Source: a virus. Taken from it: DNA of 40,880 nucleotides. Of the stretch, positions 35,664 through 40,880 are shown in pieces. Under the pieces are notes generated by a model. That model was not told the DNA's origin. It did no database searches and worked only from the letters and a program-made list of their open reading frames with translations. Location: the IMG/VR virus record IMGVR_UViG_3300033463_000364; one strand, written 5' to 3'. The position numbers and the translations under genes are program-made. Every line of letters starts with the position of its first letter. The first letter of the stretch is position 1.

Positions 35664-35689
35664 AAACATCAAAAGGATGGTTAAAGTAT

Positions 35690-36202
35690 ATGACAAATAC
35701 AAACGCATGTCAACAGAAAGCAACCAGTAACAAACAAGAACAAGAAAAAGAAATGTGGATCGAGAGAGAAGAGGCCAGATTGACACTTCTCAGAAATCAC
35801 CCAGGACTGAAAGCGATGCATGCCATCGGCCCGGACTGCGAGGCATGGGGTTATGTCCTTGCGTGCAAAATGGTGGACGGCAAAGATATCTTTGATGACC
35901 TTTTGGAAAACATCAAGTCTGCCCTGTATGGGCTCGATGCTTACCTTGCCAACATGATCATGCTTGCAAACAACATTGACTCCTTCAAGGAATACCTCAA
36001 GCCGGAGTATGAAATAGAGTTCCTTATTACAGGTAAGATCGGTGGTGCTGTTTCCCGGCTTGAGGCCACAGCTCTTTATGTGCAGGAAATGCTTAAACAG
36101 AGAGATGAACAAGAGCGTAAGTGGATAGAGGAAAGAGAAAAAAAACAGCCGCATCCAATATTTGCCAACATCCTTGACTCTATGAAAGGAGGCAAAGCAT
36201 GA
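35690..36202 (+). CDS. Hypothetical protein
   Basis: 170-aa ORF; first long gene after the non-coding region. Confidence 0.5.
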   Translation: MTNTNACQQKATSNKQEQEKEMWIEREEARLTLLRNHPGLKAMHAIGPDCEAWGYVLACKMVDGKDIFDDLLENIKSALYGLDAYLANMIMLANNIDSFKEYLKPEYEIEFLITGKIGGAVSRLEATALYVQEMLKQRDEQERKWIEEREKKQPHPIFANILDSMKGGKA

Positions 36203-36354
36203 GCAGATACCAGAGATACATGGATAATCACGATTACTACGAGACCGAGGCACGAGAAGCTAAGGACGTGATCAAGCAGCAGTTGTTCAGGATCCTGGCA
36301 ACATTTTGGAAAAAGAAGGCACTCTCGCTCAAGATTGAGGAGGCTCTGCGGTGA
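36199..36354 (+). CDS. Small hypothetical protein (51 aa)
   Basis: ATGA-coupled on its 5-prime side and GTGA-coupled on its 3-prime side, filling the gap exactly. Reads MSRYQRYMDNHDYYETEAREAKDVIKQQLFRILATFWKKKALSLKIEEALR. Confidence 0.4.
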   Translation: MSRYQRYMDNHDYYETEAREAKDVIKQQLFRILATFWKKKALSLKIEEALR

Positions 36355-36842
36355 ACTGGATTGACAAGGACTACTATGGCAACATGCAGAATGTCTGCAT
36401 GGACACCATAGAGGACGCCCTGGACATGGGGGTGACAATCCGTTTCCGCAAGTGTGAGCACGGGCTTGTAGGTTCTGACAGCTTTGCAAGGTGGGGAACG
36501 ATCCGCACCGAGTGGGAGCCGTTACGGAGCATGAAGCAGCTTGATGATCTCGCAGAGTGGTCATACGACAGGCTGGGTTGGAAATGGGTGGAGCTCTCAT
36601 ACCACCTCACAGACGGCCAGCATGTTCTACTTGAGGCCAAGGCAAAGACAAGAGACGAGATTCTTCGGAAGGAGATGCGGGCTGAACACGAGGCATGGCT
36701 CAAGGAGCAGGAGATAAAAGAGACGGCACTTCTTAAAAAGAAGCCCTGGCTTGCAGATCCGGACCCATGCTTTGACATGGCCAAAGAGTGTGCAGAGGGC
36801 TATTTTTATAACAGACAGATAGCACCAGAAGCGGTGTGTTAA
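36351..36842 (+). CDS. Hypothetical protein (GTG start)
   Basis: 163-aa ORF. Confidence 0.45.
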   Translation: MNWIDKDYYGNMQNVCMDTIEDALDMGVTIRFRKCEHGLVGSDSFARWGTIRTEWEPLRSMKQLDDLAEWSYDRLGWKWVELSYHLTDGQHVLLEAKAKTRDEILRKEMRAEHEAWLKEQEIKETALLKKKPWLADPDPCFDMAKECAEGYFYNRQIAPEAVC

Positions 36843-36861
36843 TTAAATATCGGAGGATAAT

Positions 36862-37158
36862 ATGACAATCGATAAAGACAAAAAGTACATTGTAAGAAGC
36901 GTGGGAGCCGGGCTTTTCTTCGGCTATATCACTGAGAAAGACGGCGGCGAGGTCACCATGAAAGAGGCCAGAAATCTGTGGAAATGGGCTGGTGCAAGTA
37001 ATGTGAACGAGCTGGCGCAGACCGGCACACAAAGACCTGATGACTGCATGTTTACCATGCCGCTGGATGAGGTGGTGCTTCTCAATGTATGCGAGATAGC
37101 GACCTGCACACCCGAAGCAAGGGCAAGCCTTGAGGCGGTGCCGGTATGGAAAGCCTGA
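36862..37158 (+). CDS. Hypothetical protein
   Basis: 98 aa; RBS GGAGG. Confidence 0.5.
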   Translation: MTIDKDKKYIVRSVGAGLFFGYITEKDGGEVTMKEARNLWKWAGASNVNELAQTGTQRPDDCMFTMPLDEVVLLNVCEIATCTPEARASLEAVPVWKA

Positions 37159-37880
37159 TAAAAGAATTTATTAGCGACGGCTCCGGCTCCGGCTACGGCT
37201 CCGGCTCCGGCTCCGGCTCCGGCTACGGCTCCGGCGACGGCTCCGGCTACGGCTCCGGCGACGGCTCCGGCTACGGCTCCGGCTCCGGCTCCGGCTACGG
37301 CTCCGGCTCCGGCTCCGGCTCCGGCTACGGCTCCGGCTCCGGCTCCGGCTCCGGCTACGGCTACGGCTCCGGCTCCGGCTACGGCTCCGGCTCCGGCAGA
37401 GATATTAAAAAGATCAACGGCATGGATGTGGTAGTGCTGGACGGTGTATATACCGTTGCCCAGCGTATGAGCAGAGGTGTCCTCCGAGGCTTCATTTTTG
37501 ACAGAGGTTACCGGCTTGTACCATGCGTGGTGGTTCGCAACGGCACCACCTTTGCGCATGGAGAGAATATCCGGGACGCAATGAACGCACTCCGGGAAAA
37601 GCTCTACGACGATATGAGCGAGGACGACCGCCTGGCCGCATTCTGGAGCGAGCACAACTGGCATGACACTTACACCGTTGAAAACTTCTACAGGTGGCAC
37701 CACATATTGACAGGAAGCTGTGACATGGGCCGCCAGCAGTTCTTCAACCAGCACAACCTTACCATGGAAGAACGGCATACTGTGAAATGGTTTATAGAAC
37801 TGACTAAAAACGCATACGGAGGCGATGTGATAAAACGCCTCAAAGAGAGAAAATATGACAAGCAACAGCGAAATATATGA
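37146..37880 (+). CDS. Protein with N-terminal (GSGSGY)n low-complexity domain and a globular C-terminal domain
   Basis: 244 aa. Residues about 11-84 are only G/S/Y/D. The C-terminal 160 aa are ordinary sequence (RWHHILTGSCDMGRQQF...). Confidence 0.6.
   Translation: MESLIKEFISDGSGSGYGSGSGSGSGYGSGDGSGYGSGDGSGYGSGSGSGYGSGSGSGSGYGSGSGSGSGYGYGSGSGYGSGSGRDIKKINGMDVVVLDGVYTVAQRMSRGVLRGFIFDRGYRLVPCVVVRNGTTFAHGENIRDAMNALREKLYDDMSEDDRLAAFWSEHNWHDTYTVENFYRWHHILTGSCDMGRQQFFNQHNLTMEERHTVKWFIELTKNAYGGDVIKRLKERKYDKQQRNI
37176..37397. repeat. Hexanucleotide tandem array (GGCTCC/GGCTAC/GGCGAC), 37 units, 222 bp
   Basis: Read directly. Only the codons GGC, TCC, TAC and GAC are used. Confidence 0.95.
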
Positions 37881-38604
37881 CAGCCTCCGGCGTCCCCCGA
37901 AGTGGGCTCTCCGGGAGATCAAGGACGGCAACCTTAAAGGCAAGACCGATATAAACCCACAGTGGCGTTTCGAGGCCATGACCAAGGAGTTCGGTCCTGT
38001 AGGCATCGGCTGGTGGCATGACAAGCCGACATTCACAATCTATGACGGTGCCAACGGCGAGAAGATTGTGCTGGCAGAAGTTAACGTGTTCGTTCTGGAG
38101 AGGGAGTCCGGCGAGCCTTCCAAGCCTATCTATGGATGTGGCGGCTCCGTGCTGGTGAATAACTTTTCCAAGGCTGGATTTAAGAGCAACGACGAGGCAT
38201 TCAAGATGGCTCTGACAGATGCATTCTCATACGCATTCAAGGAGCTGGGAGTGGCAGCTGACATATACGCAGGGAAGTGGGACGGAAGTAAGTATACGGA
38301 TGCGGCAAAGGAAGAGCCGCAGGCGCAGCAACCGGCACAGGCCAAGGCTACGGCAGAGCCGAAGAAGCAGCCGGTGAAGGCCACCAAGGAGCAGATAGAC
38401 AAGATGGCGAAGCTGGCCAAGTCATTCAACCAGAAGGAGCTTGACGAGTTCAAGGCCAAGTATAACGGCGACCCTGCGGGAATGATAGACGCAATGACCA
38501 AGGCAAGGGCCGCAAAGTTTGAGGCCGGGACACTGCACCAGGAAGAAGCCGGGGAACCGACCCCGGAGGAATTTGATGATGACTCAAAGGAGCTTTATAA
38601 ATGA
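37855..38604 (+). CDS. Rad52/Sak-like single-strand annealing protein
   Basis: AMTKEFGPVGIGWW ... GCGGS ... DEAFKMALTDAFSYAFKELGVAADIY matches the Rad52/22 family core. Adjacent to ssb. Confidence 0.6.
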   Translation: MTSNSEIYDSLRRPPKWALREIKDGNLKGKTDINPQWRFEAMTKEFGPVGIGWWHDKPTFTIYDGANGEKIVLAEVNVFVLERESGEPSKPIYGCGGSVLVNNFSKAGFKSNDEAFKMALTDAFSYAFKELGVAADIYAGKWDGSKYTDAAKEEPQAQQPAQAKATAEPKKQPVKATKEQIDKMAKLAKSFNQKELDEFKAKYNGDPAGMIDAMTKARAAKFEAGTLHQEEAGEPTPEEFDDDSKELYK

Positions 38605-38972
38605 ACGATCTTAACATGGTATTGATCACCGGCAGGCTCACGAAGGATGCCGAGCTGAAGTACACAAAGGCAGGGGACCCGGTGGCCGGGTTCTCCCTTG
38701 CAGTGAACCACAGCAAGAAGGATGCAAACGGCCAGTGGGTAGACGAGCCCGACTACATAGACTGTAAGATGTGGAGAAAGCAGGCCGAGACTCTATCCAA
38801 ATATTTAGTGAAAGGCAAGAAGATACTTGTCAACGGCGAGTTCCGGCAGGAGAAATGGACCGACCAGCAGGGCGCACAGAGATCACGGCTGATAATGAAT
38901 GTCACCATGATGCAGTTCATGGGCCCGGCTGACGGCCAGGGTAAGTTCAACGACGAAGGCATACCGTTCTGA
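38601..38972 (+). CDS. ssb: Single-stranded DNA-binding protein
   Basis: NMVLITGRLTKDAELKYTKAGDPVAGFSLAVN ... OB-fold pattern, and an acidic tail ending DEGIPF. Confidence 0.9.
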   Translation: MNDLNMVLITGRLTKDAELKYTKAGDPVAGFSLAVNHSKKDANGQWVDEPDYIDCKMWRKQAETLSKYLVKGKKILVNGEFRQEKWTDQQGAQRSRLIMNVTMMQFMGPADGQGKFNDEGIPF

Positions 38973-39724
38973 TGGATAAGTATTACTTTTTCAAGAGTTA
39001 TCACACAGCTTTGAAAGACCTGAAGGCATCCACAAGGTATGCAATACGAGAGGCTATAGACGAGTTCATGTTTGAGGACAAACTTCCGGTCTTTACAGAC
39101 AACCTGTCCAAGTCCATCTGGTCGCTTCTCCTTCCTACTCTCCACAAATCCAAAGTCAGGTATGAAGCTGGCAAGCAAACCTTTAGCAAAACCCAAGCAA
39201 AAGTGGAGCAAAACCCAAGCAAAAGTGGAGCAAATCAAGAGCAAAGTTCAAGTTTGCTTCCAGTTTGCTCTTCCAAGGAAAAAGGAGAAAGGAAAAAGGA
39301 GATAAATAATACCCCCATTATCCCCCAAGGGGGAGTCGCTTCCGCTTTCGACAAATTCTGGGAGGCTTATCCCCTGAAGAAAGGCAAGCAGGCGGCGAGA
39401 AGAGCTTTTGACCGGGCAAGGAAGCTCACCACCCTTGATAATATGCTTTCAGCAATAAGAAAGCAGAAGGGCTGGGAACAGTGGACAAGGGACAACGGCA
39501 AGTACATACCGCATCCTGCCACCTGGCTCAACCAGGGAAGGTGGGACGACCAGAGCGATGTGGACACAGAGCCGGAGAAACCGGCTCCGCCGCCGAGACT
39601 GGAAGCCTGCCCGCTGTGCGGATCAGCGGACTTCCGGCAGCGCGTCGATTATGGAATATGTAATGCGTGCGGCAAGGGTTTTTCATGGTATGGCTGGAAG
39701 AAAATCTGGAAGGAGGACAAGTGA
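38972..39724 (+). CDS. Putative replication initiator / replisome organiser
   Basis: FDKFWEAYPLKKGKQAARRAF ... WEQWTRDNGKYIPHPATWLNQGRWDD is a motif common in phage replication proteins (recollection). C-terminal CPLC...CNAC zinc ribbon. Iteron array inside the gene. Confidence 0.5.
   Translation: MDKYYFFKSYHTALKDLKASTRYAIREAIDEFMFEDKLPVFTDNLSKSIWSLLLPTLHKSKVRYEAGKQTFSKTQAKVEQNPSKSGANQEQSSSLLPVCSSKEKGERKKEINNTPIIPQGGVASAFDKFWEAYPLKKGKQAARRAFDRARKLTTLDNMLSAIRKQKGWEQWTRDNGKYIPHPATWLNQGRWDDQSDVDTEPEKPAPPPRLEACPLCGSADFRQRVDYGICNACGKGFSWYGWKKIWKEDK
39174..39269. repeat. Iteron array (candidate origin): 7 direct AGCAAA at exact 11-bp spacing plus 2 inverted copies
   Basis: AGCAAA starts at 39174, 39185, 39196, 39207, 39218, 39229 and 39240. 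TTTGCT is at 39253 and 39264. Exact 22-bp tandem duplication at 39185-39206 / 39207-39228. Confidence 0.6.
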
Positions 39725-40038
39725 TGTTTTCACAGAAAACTTTGAAGTTGATAAACGATGCAGCCCTGGAAGAGCACGAGAACGCCAAGAAGAACTGGGG
39801 CGAGAAGTACCACAGCAAGCACGAAGCCTGGGCCGTGCTCCACGAAGAGGTGGGCGAAGTCAGGAAGGACTACAAAACAATTAAGAACCTGGAGAAGTGG
39901 CTCTGGTCGTCCATAATAAACAATCAGACTCCGGACATCCGGCTGATGATGGAGCTGGCAGAGTCGGCAAAGCACCTGGCGATGGAGGCGTGCCAGGTTG
40001 CGGCTGTGTGCAGGAAGATGATTGAAGGAGCGGAATGA
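39724..40038 (+). CDS. Possible MazG-like nucleotide pyrophosphohydrolase-fold protein
   Basis: HEAWAVLHEEVGEVRKD resembles the E..E..E metal-binding helix of MazG-like proteins. ATG 39724 overlaps the upstream TGA. Confidence 0.35.
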   Translation: MFSQKTLKLINDAALEEHENAKKNWGEKYHSKHEAWAVLHEEVGEVRKDYKTIKNLEKWLWSSIINNQTPDIRLMMELAESAKHLAMEACQVAAVCRKMIEGAE

Positions 40039-40256
40039 TGGCTTTTCATGTTGATTTATTCATAGGCTGTGTCAGGCAGATGCGGAGTGCCCAGAAGCAG
40101 TATTTCAAGACAAAGGACTACGCATCACTGCTTGAGGCAAAGAAGCAGGAGGCAGAGGTTGACCGGCAGCTGCGGGAGCTGGATGCGGACAAGGAAAGGG
40201 AGCAGCCCGGCTTTGATTTTGGAGGACAAAGCCATGCCATTTATGAGGTGGGTTAA
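40035..40256 (+). CDS. Hypothetical protein
   Basis: 73 aa; ATGA-coupled. Confidence 0.45.
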   Translation: MMAFHVDLFIGCVRQMRSAQKQYFKTKDYASLLEAKKQEAEVDRQLRELDADKEREQPGFDFGGQSHAIYEVG

Positions 40257-40401
40257 GACCCCGGATGGATATAAGCCGGTGGAAATGACTGATGAAGAAG
40301 TGAAAGCACAAAACTTTATGGCTAAACGAAAAAACGCAGAGATATGGTTGGATGAAGCATCAGAAATGGAGAAGCGAGAAAAGGAGGAGCAGACAAAATG
40401 A
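40234..40401 (+). CDS. Hypothetical small protein
   Basis: RBS GGAGG 8 nt upstream of ATG 40234 (frame of ORF 40069..40401). Reads MPFMRWVKTPDGYKPVEMTDEEVKAQNF... Confidence 0.4.
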   Translation: MPFMRWVKTPDGYKPVEMTDEEVKAQNFMAKRKNAEIWLDEASEMEKREKEEQTK

Positions 40402-40616
40402 TTAGTTATTATCCAAACGCAATGCACCTGAACGAGGCTTTTGATAAAGCCTTTGTCTATGAGCAGGGGAACCCGGAGCAAGAAAGGGCAGCGCAACAGA
40501 TCTATGAGCTCTGCGCAAAGATATACAAGGTCGGCTTCCGGGACGGCGTGGATAAGATGACACAGAATGTGGTGAAGATGCTGAGGGAGAGATATGGCAC
40601 ACAAGATACTGATTGA
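40398..40616 (+). CDS. Hypothetical protein
   Basis: 72 aa; ATGA-coupled. Confidence 0.45.
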   Translation: MISYYPNAMHLNEAFDKAFVYEQGNPEQERAAQQIYELCAKIYKVGFRDGVDKMTQNVVKMLRERYGTQDTD

Positions 40617-40742
40617 GCTTGACGAAAAGACAGAGGCGTATCTGCGGGGCCTTGCCAAGAAGATGGGCAAGACTATCCAGCAGGCTGCCGGGGAGATTGT
40701 GAAAACATTCTTTGAGGCATACGAGAACGCAAGGAAGAAGCA

Positions 40743-40746
<4 letters not shown>
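40594..40746 (+). CDS. Small RHH-like protein (50 aa) directly upstream of the methyltransferase
   Basis: MAHKILIELDEKTEAYLRGLAKKMGKTIQQAAGEIVKTFFEAYENARKKQ. Its stop overlaps the methyltransferase ATG (ATGA). Confidence 0.4.

Positions 40747-40880
<134 letters not shown>

Noticed and set aside
36924-38036. 370-aa minus-strand ORF with (AGAGAV)n
   Set aside because: It is the mirror image of the plus-strand (GSGSGY)n gene and its neighbours. The plus-strand genes have RBSs and coupling and continue the operon.

Overview
The window is a complete, circularly closed temperate tailed-phage genome. Positions 1-127 are identical to 40754-40880, so the unique length is 40,753 bp. Nearly all genes are on the + strand, with AGGAGG-type RBSs and ATGA/TGATG coupled junctions; only a CI-like repressor and one small membrane gene are on the - strand. 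Gene order: (1) an early/accessory block: a beta-class DNA methyltransferase (DPPY ... HPTQKP) interrupted by a (GA)20 tract, YopX, an MmcB-like nuclease and a GroES-like co-chaperonin. (2) A small terminase and a large terminase split into ATPase and nuclease ORFs. (3) A T7-like structural block: portal, scaffold, major capsid, gp11-like adaptor, gp12-like nozzle and three internal-virion proteins. The last is about 2,620 aa, has HExxH and ART-like modules, and contains an in-frame AT-rich island. (4) A tail fibre whose last 95 bp is the variable repeat of a complete diversity-generating retroelement (VR, hairpin, avd-like gene, TR, structured spacer, RT). (5) A lysis cassette: CHAP endolysin, small membrane proteins, a lipase-like protein and an overlapped TM/lipoprotein pair. 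(6) Two terminator-bounded cassettes of unknown function. (7) attP, a tRNA-Ser(GCU) 3-prime half flanked by TGATAGCA arm sites, plus a tyrosine integrase. (8) A divergent repressor / Cro-like / Xis switch with AACTTC/GAAGTT operators. (9) A roughly 310-nt non-coding structured region with a tRNA-like T-arm and acceptor. (10) A recombination/replication module: a (GSGSGY)n protein, a Rad52-like SSAP, SSB, and an initiator carrying 11-bp-phased iterons. The most notable items are the DGR, the dinucleotide-repeat switch in the methyltransferase, the polyvalent giant virion protein with a foreign-composition module, a 34-bp element present at two late-operon boundaries, and the tRNA-like non-coding region. 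All functional calls rest on motifs read by eye and on recollection of protein families; no database search was run.
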